Assembly (NCBI GenBank): GCA_951406725.2
Contig: OX597837.1
Coordinates: 19,778,001-19,842,000 of the forward strand
Origin: Octopus vulgaris
Lineage: Eukaryota
Direction of reading: 5' to 3'
DNA length: 64,000 bases
Shown: positions 29,041 through 43,667 of the stretch, in pieces
Position numbering within the stretch: position 1 is the stretch's first letter
How the letters are laid out: each line of letters begins with the position of its first letter
The notes under the pieces: model-generated
The model's input: only the letters and a program-made list of their open reading frames with translations
The model's database searches: none
Told to the model about the DNA's origin: nothing
Program-made: the position numbers and the translations under genes

Positions 29041-29661
29041 GTATCAACCATCATCTTCATAATCGACAATAACATAAGAAACATCATCAGGTAGGAAGTA
29101 AAACCACTTCACCTTTAGTTATAAACGATTTGTTTTTGAGTGACAATGATGAAAGCTAAAATCAGGAGAAAATAACGGAAAATATGGCGGAAAAGCTCCA
29201 GACGTATTTCGAGACACATAACAAGTCGTTTTTTTTTTTAATTCGGCCATTGTGACATTTTAAATAAAAGTATTTGTCCACTCTTGATCGACTTCCTTAT
29301 ATTGTGACCACACCCCTAGGTTCAATTTAATTATACAAGCATATTATTCAAAGAATCGACGTTTCAGTTATCGTCTGTTTTTGTGAATTCCTGTTTAATG
29401 CTTTATAATATCAGTCTTTAGACGAAAGAACAAATGAATAGATCAAAAGAAATGTAAAAAAGTATTAAAAAAAATAAAAAACATAAAAATGAAAATTTAT
29501 TTAAAAAGTACCATTTTTCTTCAGTTACGCTTAGTTTTTCCGTCTTTTGTCATTTCTTTTACAGCAAAATAGTTCGTGATATCAAAGTTTGAGTTCGTCT
29601 CACGATTCTTATAGAAGCCATATTGTTAAAACTACTGAAAACTCCCAAGATATATATATAC

Positions 29662-29724
<63 letters not shown>

Positions 29725-29815
29725 CACACACATATATGCATGTATATATATATATAGGGATATATATGAATATATATATATATGTACATATATATATATA
29801 TATACATATACATAC

Positions 29816-29899
<84 letters not shown>

Positions 29900-30533
29900 T
29901 GTGTGTGTGTGTATTTACATACATGCTTACATATACAGGCGTATGTGTCTGTATATATTTTATTTTAAAATGATTAGCATAAAAGTAGATCAACATAAGT
30001 GAACAACCTTAAATGTAATTATTCGAAATATTTCGGATGCAGTCTCTTTTATCGGGAGGGATCTCAATCGATATATTAGAAAGGGGAAACAAGCTACTTC
30101 ATTTATTTCACTGAGTCCTATAGAATGAGTTGGATGATCGAGGAATTTCACTCTAAGATATTATGCTAGCCTAGCACCATCAACTTAACCAGGAATCCTA
30201 GATGCCAGACATAGGTACCTGATCTAGCACATCAATGACTGAAAAAATTCAATGAGAGAAACCTTTTTTTATGTAGATAAGGCACCCATTGTTCAATTAG
30301 TCTTTCCTGGCAACATGCATACATAACTAAGTACTGGAGATTAAAAAACTATTGTCATCATTGTAAAAGTAAACAATGTTTCAAACCATGAAGAATTTTT
30401 ACCGGATTTTTCCAGAGTTTTGAATTTTTAAAACATATTTTTGAAATTATCTGAAAATACAGACATAGACTTGACCAAATACATCAATAAATTAACTTTG
30501 ATTTTTTTTTCACCGTTGTTACAATAAGCTGAA

Positions 30534-31593
30534 ATGAAACTGTCAAAGCGCGATATTGGAGCAATTTTGCTATTTAACTTCAAAAAAGGACGTAAAGCAG
30601 CTGAAAGGTTCGGTGAGGAAATGACCAGTGAGTGGTCAGCTCGAAAATGGTTTAAACAAGTTCGCAGTGGAGAACTGAACCTTGAAGATGGTGAACATAG
30701 TGAACACTAATCTGCCATCCATGACGGTCAATTAAAGACCATCATTGAGAAAGATTCATGTAAAACCACTCGAGAACTGGCAAAAGAACTTCGAGTTAGC
30801 CAGAAAACTGCCAGCAACTATTTGCATGCGATCGGAAAATCAAAAAAGCTCGACAAATGGATGCCACACGATTTAAATGACAGTCAGAAAATGCAACGAT
30901 ATGAAATTTGCTCGTCGCTTATTCTCCTTAACCAGACCGATCCATTTCTCGACCGTGTTGTAACTTGCGATGAAAAGTGGATTCTGTACAATAACAAAAA
31001 CGTTCTTCGCAGTGGTTGGACCAAAATAAAGCACCGAAAACCTACCCTAAACCCGAGCTCTTCAACACAAAGGTTATGGTGACTGTTGGTGATGTACTGC
31101 TGGACTCATTCACTATAACTTCTTAAAACCTGGAAATATATTGCTAAAAATTTGCCAAAATGAACGAAAACCTACTATTCTTCCGTCCCAGCCTAGTCAA
31201 CAGAAGAGGGCCAATCATTCTTCATGACACATTCTCGGCCACACATTTCACTAATGACGCTCCAGAAGTAGAGAGAACTTGGCTCGAAGTTCTTCCCCAC
31301 CAGTTTATTCCCCAGACCTTTCTCCTACTGACTGCCACCTTCTCAAGCACCTTGATGGTTTCCTGCGAGAGGAGTTTAAAAATCAAACCGACGCTGAAAG
31401 TGCGTTCGAAAAGTTTATCAGCTCCAGAACTCCAGATTTTTATGTTACCGAATAAACAAACTTGTAACTCGTTGGAAAAAATGTATTGATTGTAATGGTA
31501 CTTACTTTGATGAATAAAATTTCTGCATTGTTGAAATATATTGTGATGAATTTCATGTTTCAAAACGTTGCTTACTTTTCACTCAGCCTCATA
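30534..31593 (+). pseudogene. Mariner (DD34D) transposase pseudogene with right TIR
   Basis: MKLSKRDI..FKKGRKAAE..KKLDKWMPHDL..FLDRVVTCDEKWILYNN..GPIILHD.., with frameshifts and stops. TIR-like cttacttttcactcagcctcata at the end. Confidence 0.92.
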
Positions 31594-32012
31594 TAAATAA
31601 ATAGACTCGGTTTAATACGGGTAACAACATGCTGCCAAAACCAGACTAACTAAATATCAAGTGTTGACCAGTTTCCACGCCATGCCACCCTTACTGAAAT
31701 CCTAAAAGCCTAGACACCGCAGGCTTCCCTTCCCAGCTTGAGCCAATGCCTTTTCCATTTTGTCTGCTGGGACCGTGAGGTGATCTGAATTACAGGAAAT
31801 CGAGTGAATGTAAGAATTTCGTAGCTTGCTACACAAACAATATTATTTGTCCCCTTTATAGAATGGTTATTTCGTAATTCATCTGACAGTTCTAAAATGG
31901 TGACCATCGACTTTCATTTCAGCAAATCGACGACCAGTCCACTCGAAATGGCAGCCAAATCAAGCAACATCGGTAACCCAACCTCTATCAAGGAACTACA
32001 AGCCTCATTTAA

Positions 32013-33690
32013 GGGAGCCGGGTCCACCTAAGTTATGACTCCTATGTGTCCTGCTGCTGTTTTTGAAATGCCACCTTTAGTGGAGGTTGAACTTGCAACC
32101 TTCGGGTAACGTTGTTATTGTGAATTGTGGAGTATATCGCTAGACCATGATTACCACTGCAAGTGGTTATTCAACTTCTAAAACAAGCAAAGCCGACACT
32201 AACTACCACTACAAAATCCAACAGCGATAGTGTCGCTCAAATCAATTAATGGCCGACGATCATACAAATATTGTAATTTACAATTTGTCATGGCTTGTAT
32301 AAAGCACACCGCTCAATCCACCACTGCAATTAGCACCCCCGACGCCGACACCACTACGACAACGGGTTACTTCAGTCACAAACAGCTGAAATCCGACGCC
32401 GACATCGACGCGATATTTCCTTACCAACCGACTATACTGCTAGAACTGGCAGTTAACATGGACCGGGAAATAACGACTAGTCTGTTAGAAATAGCAGCCA
32501 ATTCGAAACAGACAGGCGAACTTTGCGGTCCACTTGGTGGCCGTCGACACAAACGACGAAAATAAAACCGAACAACTGTTTCGCACACATGAGGTCACAG
32601 AAGAGACTCTGAAGAACTCTTTCTTTCCATATTTCTATTTTCTTGACTCGCAGTATCATTAATTTAGTACAGTCACACATAATCTAGTTCTATTTTCTAT
32701 TTTTTGTTGTTGTTATTTTTTAAAGAAAAGAGAAGAATAATGCATACACTGCAAATTTCATTTGTTTTCATGCTAACATATTTTATATTCTTGCAACAGA
32801 TATGTCCAAAGGCGGCGAGCTGGCAGAAACGTTAGCACGCCGGATGAAATGCTTAGCGGTATTTCGTCTGTCGTTACGTTGTGAGTTCAAATTCCGCCGA
32901 GGTTGACTTTGCCTTTCATCCTTTCGGGGTCGATAAATTAAGTACCAGTTCCGCACTGGGGTCGATGTAATCGACTTAATACCTATGTCTGTCCTTGTTT
33001 GTCCCCTCTATGTTTAGCCCCTTGTGGGTAATAAAGAAATAGATATGTCCAAAGTTAAAGCACTCATTTTCTACAAACCTCAAGCTCAGACACAGGACAT
33101 TCTTAATTATTGTCTCTTGCCTTATACGAAGATGTTGCAATCTAATTACTGGCCATCATACATAACTTACTACTGGTGATTAAAGCGATAGAGTCGTGTT
33201 GTCTTCACAACGACAGGCATATAACAGTGTGCCTCATTATTCCACGGCGGTTATACACTATTCCACGGCGGTTATACACTATTCATGCCGCTCGCTATTC
33301 TCTGGCAGTGGAAGTGCACAAGGGATTGTTGCAGCTTAAATAGCTAAACTACGTGGCCAGTTCGGAATCTAAGGTCGCCAAAGAACAGCAGCGAAGATGA
33401 AATGCCTTGTCAAACCCAATTGTAGAGCTCACTGTGACCATGGGCAAAGAGAATTGTAATTTGGAGCTGAAAAGGAATATTGTAAGCTGCTAAATATAAT
33501 CGGAGGGAAACCCAGTTTGAAACAGATCCAGTGCGGATACTTGCAGTGGCAATCATGGTCGAGCGATATACTCCACAGTTCACGATAACAACGTCATCCG
33601 ATATTTCCAAGTTCAAACTCCACTAAAGGTGACATTTCAAAAACAGCAGCAGGATATCTAGGAGTCGTAACTTAGGTGGACCCGGTTCCC
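32013..33690. mobile_element. Kolobok-type non-autonomous DNA transposon (TTAA TSD, GG termini, about 150-bp TIRs)
   Basis: ttaa|gggagccgggtccacctaagtt... and ...aacttaggtggacccggttccc|ttaa. Inverted match spans 32013-32164 / 33539-33690. Confidence 0.8.
32811..33040 (+). mobile_element. Full-length SINE family A nested in the Kolobok-type element, 14-bp TSD
   Basis: agatatgtccaaag at 32798-32811 and 33041-33054. Confidence 0.93.
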
Positions 33691-34528
33691 TTAAAGTGTC
33701 AGGAACTAACGGGCAGAAACAGTTGCTTGAGGGAAGATTTCACCCGCTGCCCGCTTGCCGGCGAATTTCCATTTACTATGCATATATCAATTACACACAC
33801 ACACACACAGGAAGAAATGAGGACTCTATATCCACACGTTTATTTAGATATACTTACATGCGTGCACATATACATTATATACACGCATACAGGCTTAAAT
33901 ATTTTTGTAACTGCAAACATTACGACCTCTACCATTCTTACCTCGTTAATATCACGACCACCACAACCATTAACAGCTCATCGCCCCCGACACCTTCCCG
34001 CAGCTAACTCTACTACAGATGACGACAGCGGCGAGGAGCACCACCGCCGCCATCACCACCACCATCGCCGTCACCACCACCACCATCGCCACCACCACAA
34101 CCACCGCCGCCGCCACCACCACCACCACCACCACCACCACCACCACCACCACCACCACCTCCAATACAACCCCCGCCATCACCTCCACCACCATCACCTT
34201 CACCACCGTCGCCTATCCTATGCCGATCAATAGTTAGTGATTCAAATTCTAGTGTGTAGCTCAATAATTGCTCAGGTTTGCACTCCGTAACCTTTCTCTG
34301 TGTGGTATATATTTCTACAATATTTTCTATCAGCCAGCGTCAACATAGACATACACGCGCACACAAACACACGTTCTCACACACAGCCACACACACACAT
34401 ACGCACACACAGCACTGACACACATTCACAGCAACCCACGCCTAGTAATAAGTACACATTTGAAAATGCAGACAAGTGTACGTACATATATTCATACATT
34501 CATACATGCATAGATACGTACGTACACA

Positions 34529-34587
<59 letters not shown>

Positions 34588-34762
34588 TTTATGTGTATAT
34601 ATATATATATATGTATATATATGTATTTATATTTATATGTATATATATATATATGTGTGTGTATGTACATATATTAATATAAACGCAAATATCTATATAT
34701 CCATACATATATGTATGTGTATATGTATGTGTATGTATACATATGCATATATATTGTATATG

Positions 34763-34794
<32 letters not shown>

Positions 34795-35101
34795 TATATA
34801 CATACATATATATATATATACAATTTTACATGTATATATGTATGTATGTGTACCTATGTATAAATACACAATATTTCCTTAGATAACAATTATTTAAATA
34901 TATATAAGTGTATGTATATATATATATGTATACATGTATATCTATATCTATATATATATATAAATATATATATATACATATATACGTATATATATACACA
35001 CACACATATATATATATAATGTATGTATATATATACATATATATATGTGTATATATATATATGTATATATACATATGTATATATATATATATATGTATGT
35101 A

Positions 35102-35161
<60 letters not shown>

Positions 35162-35191
35162 CATATATATATTAACATACACATAAATATA

Positions 35192-35267
<76 letters not shown>

Positions 35268-35351
35268 ATTTTTTAGTTTTCCTAATTTTATTTTAATCAT
35301 GATTCTTATTATCATAATAATAACCATCACCATCATTATTATCATCATCCC

Positions 35352-35407
<56 letters not shown>

Positions 35408-35916
35408 CCATCATCCTCATCATCATCAACACCTTCAACATCATCATCATCATCACATCCACCGGCCTCCAATATCTCTATCATTATCATCAATATTATT
35501 TCTATATTTTGTCTCGTTGGAGAGATTTTTTAAAAAATTATTCATCATGTTTCTCAGGAACCAACATTTTCTTCATTCTTTTTTTTCGGCGCTTTCAATG
35601 CTCCTCCCATTTTTGTCTCCATTGTGTTCACTCAAGCACACATACATGTTCACATGCATGCATGCATGTGCAATAAATACACACATGCATACACATCCAT
35701 GTATAGATATATAACCTTATACATATACGTATGTATGTGTGTGTGTGTGAGAGAGAGAGAGAGAAAAGAGTGATGACTATGAATGTATGTATAGGTGTGT
35801 ACGTGTATAAATATACATATAAATAAACAATATATAGATATACATAAATATATGCATATAAATATAGAGACGTGCATACATACAAGTATGCATACATACA
35901 TACATACATACATATA

Positions 35917-35950
<34 letters not shown>

Positions 35951-36002
35951 CATACATATATTATATATATATATATATATATCTGAGTGTATTTATTGTA
36001 TG

Positions 36003-36089
<87 letters not shown>

Positions 36090-36479
36090 GTATGTATATA
36101 TATATATATATACACATATATGTGTGTGCGTGTGCGTGTGTGGACGTTTCCTTGTGTATGTATGAGATGTCTACAACAAAATAGATTTCAGTACAGCCTT
36201 AGTATGATAACACGATTATGGTGGTGATTGTGACGGCAATTGTTTGTTCATGTTGTTATTATATAATGAAGTATAACATGGAAATGTTCACACAATTACG
36301 TACGTGCATATGTACATATATACATATTATACAATCATAGATCTATATTATGTATGTATGTATGTATGTGCTTATGTGTGAGTTGCTATCTTTTTGTCTC
36401 TCTCACCCCCCCTCTCTCTCTGTCTCGCTACGTACATATATGTACATACCTACATATATATGTATATATACATGCATAT

Positions 36480-36790
36480 ATGGGTACAGGACATCAAAAA
36501 GGCGTTGAACACAATGAGAAACGAAAATATAAAAACGAAAACGTAGAAAACTTCTTTTCAGACTACGAAAAAAACAAAAAGAGGAACGAGACATGCAACA
36601 TAAAGAATATACCCCTTCATCAGTCGTCCCTGTTTCATCTACACCGCGTCGCGAAGGCAAGGACAATACGCAACTTCGTTGAAACAGGTCTTCCCGCAAA
36701 GCAAATGCTTTTATTATATATATATATAATGCTTTTATTTTATATGGGGCAGTGCCATTTGGTGTTGCTACATAATTTTTGCCTCACTAT
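36480..36790 (-). mobile_element. Probable PLE terminal fragment (related piece at about 22590-22830)
   Basis: Both TA-associated segments share a minus-strand aaacag..ac.actgatg.a.gg motif and an A-rich flank. Confidence 0.4.
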
Positions 36791-37949
36791 TTCTTTTTAG
36801 AACTTGACATTTAGTGCTGGCGTTTGACACCCCTGCCCTCATTTGCATTTCCTTGTGTGAAGTTGGTTCATATTGAACTCTTGATAGCAAGATATCTAGA
36901 CATCTACATTCACACCATGTAGGTCTGTCATGTCCTTGGATAGAATTTATAAATCCTCGGATGGAATTTGTAAACACGCGTTTCTACAATTCACATGTCC
37001 ATATTCCTGGGATAAGTAAGGTGCACCCCCGTACAGCTCACTGCAACCTCGACTGGTTCACCACCCAGTATCATTAGACTGTGGCCGGCATAATAGAACA
37101 GGATCTTATTTGCATATCTAAACCGTTTCCCAGAAACAAATTTAAAAGATATACATACATGCATGCATACATACATACATACTTACATACATACACACAC
37201 ACATATATTATTTTAAAGGCGATGCTCCAGCATGGCCGGAGTCCAATAGCTTAAGCAATTAAAAGACGAAAAGATTATACATATAGGCCCATTCATACGC
37301 AGAATACCACGTTCAATTTGGTTGAGAATTGAAAGAGTGATGAAACCTAGAAGTGCTCAGCCTTAAGAATATATTCACCAACTGGTGTGGGTGAATGATA
37401 TGTATGAGTGTGTGTCTGTGTGCATGTGTGTGTGTGTGTGTGTGTGAATACAAATTTGTATGTGTTGTATGTGATGGTGTGAGTGTTTTATATTGTATTT
37501 GGTTGAATATTTCGATTCATAATTACTTTTTTGTTTGCTGTTGCTTCGAAAAAGTATGAATGACAGCCATGCTGGATCATAATTTTATTCCCTTATGTGC
37601 TGTGTTTAGTGTTTATATTTATCATGATTAAGCGTGTCACTGGGTGATAAACACACACACACACACACAACCTTCAGAAGCAGACATACTTGGCTAAATA
37701 TGAATCATTTATTTACTTCAGTCATCTGATCTTAATTTTCGACTGCTTTCATACGTCACATCGCCAGTGAGTAAAATGCAGCCTTAAGCTTCATGTCAGC
37801 ATTTAGATGCCATCTGTGGAATATCATGATGCCATAGTTAAAGCAAGGTCATATCACATGGGTTTCTTTACAAGCTGTCCTCTTCACAGATTTGCAAGGC
37901 TAGAACCGCTGTAAAACTTATGTTTGCTGAAATAGAAGCAAACACAGGG

Positions 37950-37994
37950 ACAACCAAAGCCTTCTGTGTGGATTTGGTAGACAGAAACCCATCG

Positions 37995-38063
<69 letters not shown>

Positions 38064-38290
38064 ATATGTGTGTGTCTGTGTCTATATTTCTTCCCACATA
38101 CCACTTGGCAATCGGTGTTGGTGTGTTTACGTCCTCGTTATTTAGCGATTCGGCAAAATTGACCGATTGAATAAGTACTAGACTCTAAAAAAAAGTTCTG
38201 AGGTCGATGTCTTTGGTTAAAACTCTCCAAGACGGTGCTCCAGCATGGTCGCAGTCAAATGACTGAAACAAGTGAAAGAATAAAAGAATA
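37950..38290 (+). mobile_element. SINE family B, 5'-truncated
   Basis: accaaagcctt..gatttggtagacagaaa, internal (TA)/(TG) tract, tail ggtgctccagcatggtcgcagtcaaatgactgaaacaag. Confidence 0.82.
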
Positions 38291-38459
38291 TACACACATG
38301 CAAAGACATACATGTACACACACACACACACATACACACACACACATAAAACATACACACACACACACACACACACACAGCACACATGCACCCTCACACA
38401 CTCAGATATAGGAGGAAGGACAAAACTGCTAACTGGCGCAAATAAGTAATTTCTGATTT

Positions 38460-39150
38460 TTCATTATTTCTCCCTACCTGTTTGAAATTGAAAGTCTTGC
38501 ATCATCCTGTTATACTATTGCATCTTCTTTAGGAGTAAAAATTGGTCAGTATAGATGTTGTTGTTGTTGCTGTTGCTGTTGCTGTTGTTGTTGTTGTTGT
38601 TGAGAGAGTTTCAAACATAGTCAGGTGACAGGTCCTATTCTTTCAAGAAAATTTTCCTCAACTTCGACCTGATAATAATTGAGGTTGCTAATAAACTACC
38701 TGTATAATTTTTAGTGTTTTAACGATCAATATTCTTGTCTCTGGTGGATTTGAAGTCAATTTGTTTGCCGCACTAGTGTCTAATGTGATAATTTTCAATG
38801 TTCAAAAGATGATATTTAAAATGGGGTAAAATGGGTCACGACGAATTACAATAATTACTTCTCTTTATCTTCATGGTGCATAAATATATCGGGAAGAGAG
38901 CCACTACAGTAGATCGTGAAGAAGCAACAGAGAATATTTGATGTTGAGTGTTTAGATTGAATCAAGTTTCGTTATTTTCATATCATATGCCTTTTTCGCA
39001 TGGTCCTCCTTCAATTTGACCTAGTTATTTGAAATTGTTATTGAATTTCTAATCTTAAGATTGATATTGATGTGTATGAATCTGTTTTCAAATGTAATTC
39101 TGGGGAAATGAAGAGTCTGATTTACCTTATCTTGTATTCATTTTGCCTCG
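38460..39150 (-). mobile_element. Very decayed retroelement RT (possibly PLE)
   Basis: Weak remnants in the order expected for PLE RT motifs; many stops. Confidence 0.25.
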
Positions 39151-39309
39151 GCTAAATTTACCTTTTATAAACTCAAAGAGAACGGAGGTAATCTTCCAAA
39201 ATAGTTTTTGCGTTATGTCATAGTATTTTTAATGCATTTAGAGAAGATCATTTGCTTAGCTGATATAGTTTTTGTAAGTTTGCATGTATATACATACATA
39301 TACATATAC

Positions 39310-39386
<77 letters not shown>

Positions 39387-39388
<2 letters not shown>

Positions 39389-39531
39389 GGAGTAAAACAT
39401 ATGAATGTGAAACAAGGTGGAAAAAAGAGTACTCAAATACCAGTGGTAGAGTAATATGCTTTATTCAAAAGCAGCAGAAAATTCAACAAAACCTGTTACT
39501 CTGAGTTTCACGTTCTCGTTCGTCGGACAGT

Positions 39532-39535
<4 letters not shown>
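39387..39535 (-). mobile_element. About 150-bp PLE-type terminal fragment in (TA)n
   Basis: TA-flanked on both sides. Minus strand has a hammerhead followed by AATAAA. Confidence 0.6.
39493..39530 (-). ncRNA. Minimal type I hammerhead ribozyme motif
   Basis: ctgt-CCGACGA-acg agaa cgt-GAAA-ctc a ga-GTA-acag: stems I, II and III all pair, core U4>C, GUA triplet. Confidence 0.65.
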
Positions 39536-39609
<74 letters not shown>

Positions 39610-40089
39610 CATGTGGTGTGTGTATGTTTGTGTGTGCATATTGTATATATGTATGTGTGTCTGTGTGTCACTCTCCACCACTTGACAACAAGTGTTGGTG
39701 TGTTTACGTTCCTGTATCCTAGGGGTCCAGCATAAGAGAGCGATAGAATAAGCACTGGGGTCGATCCGATTGACAAAAAGCTTTCAAGGTGGTATCCGCA
39801 GTCTAATGAAATAAGTAAAAAGAATAAAAGAACAATGGGTTAGAATAATAACATACACTGTACTAATATAGACAAATGTTGCAACGCATGTGCAATTAAA
39901 GCCCCTGGCAAAACTGGCAATTTAAGCAATACTAAGACAGGAACCAAAAATACGAGCAACCCCCTATGGAGTGATATTAATAGAGACAAGTACTATAATA
40001 ACATTGCAGATAAACCTCTTTAAAAACGGGTAGCGTTCATAAAAAAAAACAGGTAGTTTTCCAATAGTACAAATGACCCCCACAAAAGA

Positions 40090-40300
40090 ATGAATGAATG
40101 CGCTAGTCGGCAGGCAAATGGATATTAATCTTCCGCCAAATTTTTTCGCAGCTTTGGATAAGCATTTCCCTAAATCAAATACGGTTGGATCTTCAATCGG
40201 CACACGATTAAATTGGCATTTTCCACTAACAAAAGTCTTAACCCAAAATATTGCGGTGCATAATACGAGGAGGAGAGCTGAATTCTATAACAATAAAAAC
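40090..40300 (+). mobile_element. PLE (Naiad-like) RT-EN linker fragment
   Basis: NFFAALDKHFPKSN..IFNRHTIKLAFSTNKSL..NIAVHN resembles the KHFP..IFN..K.SYS..N..II..HN linker of Naiad-type PLEs. Confidence 0.6.
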
Positions 40301-40339
40301 CCTAATAAATATATAATAGAAATAATAATTATAATAATG

Positions 40340-40760
40340 ATTTCAAATTTTGGTACAAGGCCAACAAATTTGGGAGAGTTGTAAGTCGATTATACCGACT
40401 CCAGTGTTCAAATGGTACTTATTTTATCGACCTCGAAAAGATAAAAAGCAAAGTTGACCTCGGCAAAGTTGAATTCGAATTGAGAACCTGATAACAAACG
40501 AAATACAGCTAAGATTTCACCCTGCGTGCTAACGATTCTGCCAGCTCGCCGCCTGTCGATAGTGATAATAATCCTTTCTGTTAAAGGTATAGAGCCCCAA
40601 GTTTTGGCGGGAGGGGGACTAATAGATTGCATCAACCTTAATGTTTCACTGGTACTTAATTTATCGACCCCGAAGGGATGAAAGGCAAAATCGCCCGCGG
40701 CGGAATTTCAAATTAGAACGTAGCGACGGGCGAAATACCACTAAACATTTCGTCCAGCAA
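40340..40760 (-). mobile_element. Two tandem SINE family A copies
   Basis: Cores at about 40410-40470 and 40650-40710. Confidence 0.82.
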
Positions 40761-40762
40761 AT

Positions 40763-40849
<87 letters not shown>

Positions 40850-41669
40850 TACATACATTGAAGATATGAAAATTTGCGTATTAGAAGCGTTAACAGTTGG
40901 AATATGTTTCATAGATTTAAACCTGTAACAAGGCTATTCACAGCAGTTTGTCCGAGAGAAATATATTACAAAAGGATGTAAACACACTTTAGTCAGTTCA
41001 GAGTGTCCTCTAGCGGAGTGATGGATGCATGCATTTCGAAATAGTTATCTTCCCATCAGTATCAAATACCAAAGAGAGGCAACTCCGAACTCCATCAACC
41101 CTAATGAAAATTTGCATTTTTTTCTGTTCCTTAGTTATGATTAGAATAATCTGCTTATATTTCTTACTTTTAATTTGTATCAAATTAATAAAATTAATAA
41201 CGGCGAAATAAATTAATAAATATTAAAAAATCAATTTATATTTGATATATTCATGCTGGTCGCTGATTTATATAAAAAAAAACGAGTGTTTTTAATGTAT
41301 CATTTTACTTTCATGATTAAAGTTATAATATCTCGGTAATTATGCAATGGAAGAGTCGAGGGAGGCACCGTTGACGGGTGTGTTTAAGGCCTCGTTCACC
41401 TTAATCTACCCGTGTATAGGGGCTTCTAATCTCATCCGGACTTTCTGTGCAATAGATCGTGCAATTTCTAAATCGCTCTATTTCGCATATATAACAACAA
41501 TGACTCCATGTGTTCTTTTATTTATATATATATATATAAATATATATATATATACATTTCTTATGTTAAGCATTTTATGGGAGATCTGAAATAAATAAAT
41601 AAACATTTAATTAGTTTGAAGAGAGTAATATACCGATAATTCAATGTCCTCAAATTCCTCTTGCCCCCT

Positions 41670-41707
<38 letters not shown>

Positions 41708-42334
41708 CTGGAGAAAGAGAGAGAGAGAGAGAGAAGGAGAGAGAGTGGAGTAAAAGGGGGAGATGCACAAAGCTTATAATATTCTGCTTATGTCTCGGTG
41801 TCTTCTGCGTCTGCCAATTATTATTTATTATATGTAGAAAAAAAAATCTCTAACCATAATCTTTGATTTCATGTATTTTGTCTCTTACACAGGCAAATAT
41901 ACTCACTGACATGCACAGACACTTATACACCAGAAACAGACAGAAACCATCAATTTTATACCTGATTACATCTATATATATCTCGATTACATCATGTCTG
42001 ACAACTGTTTTGTGTATGTAATATAAGTGCAGCCATATTAACACATTTTACTTACACTTTTATGTCTTTGATCTGTTTAACCAGCTCGTCTGGCAGTCAT
42101 ATGCTTATTGGTTCGGTCTGTTTCATTGCGAGACACCTTATACAAGTACGTCTTGTCGTGGCTTTAATTGAGTGCAAACCTTGTCAGAGAAATTAGGGAG
42201 GCAGAAATTGAATAAAATCTTCGCCAATGAAGTATATTTCTTATTAGGTGCTAGAACTATAGAGCCATTACCTGCTGCTTGATTGGACGCCTCATTTGAT
42301 CCGCGAGCGACAGTTGTTGAAAATATGTCCTTTT

Positions 42335-42790
42335 TTTGTTTTACTTGTTTCGGTTGACTGCGGTCATGCAGGAGCACCGCTTTGAAGGGTTTTGCCGAAG
42401 AAATCGACCCCAGAACTTCTTTTAAAAGTCTAATACTTATTCTATCGGTGTATTTTGCCGGACCACTAAGTTACAGGGACGTAAACACACCAAGCACCGG
42501 TAGTCAAGCGGTATATGGTGGCGAGCTGGCAGAGTCGTTAGCACGCCGGGCGAAATGCTTAGCGGTATTTCGTCTGTCGTTACGTTCTGAGTTCAAATTA
42601 CGCCGAGGTCGACTTTGCCTTTCATCCTTTCGGGGTCGATAAATTAAGTACCAGTTACGCACTGGGGTCGATGTAATCGACTTAATCCGTTTGTCTGTCC
42701 TTGTTTGTCCTCTCTGTGTTTAGCCCCTTGTGGGTAATAAAGAAATAGGTATAGGGGGAAAAACATAGGCACAAAGTCACACACATACAA
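42335..42790. mobile_element. SINE B 3' half (minus) with nested full-length SINE A (plus, about 42517-42750)
   Basis: The B tail is interrupted at ggtata, which recurs after the A tail. Confidence 0.82.
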
Positions 42791-42809
42791 ATATACATAT
42801 ACATCATCA

Positions 42810-42920
42810 TTATTGTTTATTTTTATAAGCTCTGTGTGCCTTGGGTATGTGCTTTTTTTTGGTGTGATGCTCTTATGGTTGCTGTATTGATAGTATTTTA
42901 CGTAGGATGTGTGCGGTATC
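42810..42920 (-). mobile_element. R4/Dong 3' end fragment
   Basis: Reverse complement matches 17780-17870 (gcacacatcctacg...agcacatacccaaggcacacagagct); abuts (TTA)n. Confidence 0.8.
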
Positions 42921-42970
<50 letters not shown>

Positions 42971-43335
42971 GAGTGAGCGAACAGAGCATGCCATCAAAGT
43001 GACACTGGGGTAAAATATACGAAGCCCAGTATACCCATCATGACTACCCGTCTGATAAGGGTACACCAGGCACATGCATCACAACCATATGTGCGCGACA
43101 TGGTGATCTCATATCAAGATAAACAGCACATGACCTTGCAGGTGGAGCCCAGTTAGAATTTTCTTCAGATCGAGTAACCCATCCTGCTCAAAAGGTCCCT
43201 GAATAAGGGTTGTTTAAGGACGTTGAACGAAACACCCATGTTTCCAGAGGTGAATTATTCAAACCCCAAAGAATCCTTCTCAACACATGGCTATGATGCT
43301 CCCCCACTACTTCTGCTCGTGATCAGAGATGCACA

Positions 43336-43337
<2 letters not shown>
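42971..43337. mobile_element. Unclassified about 370-bp insertion within (TTA)n
   Basis: Complex non-coding sequence with clean (TTA)n on both sides. Confidence 0.5.
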
Positions 43338-43402
<65 letters not shown>

Positions 43403-43456
43403 ATTATTATTATTATTATTATGTGGCAAATAATGAAATCATTATTATCCTTATTA

Positions 43457-43667
43457 TGGCGGCAAACTGGCAGAACTGCTTGCACCCCGAGCAAAATGCT
43501 TAGCGCCATTTCGCTCGTCATCAAGTTTTCAGTTCAAATTACGCCGCGGTCGAACTATGCCTTTCATCTTTTCGAGATCGATAAAACAAGTACTGGCTGA
43601 AGAAGACTAGATGTAATCGACTTAGCCCCTTCTCCGAAGTTGCTGGCCTTGTGCCAAACTTTGAAAC
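43457..43667 (+). mobile_element. SINE family A
   Basis: ggcggcaaactggcagaa head, core and tail. Confidence 0.8.

Noticed and set aside
33676-34264. Poly-His / poly-Gly / poly-Thr ORFs
   Set aside because: A (CAC)n microsatellite read in different frames; the ORF start lies in a transposon TIR.
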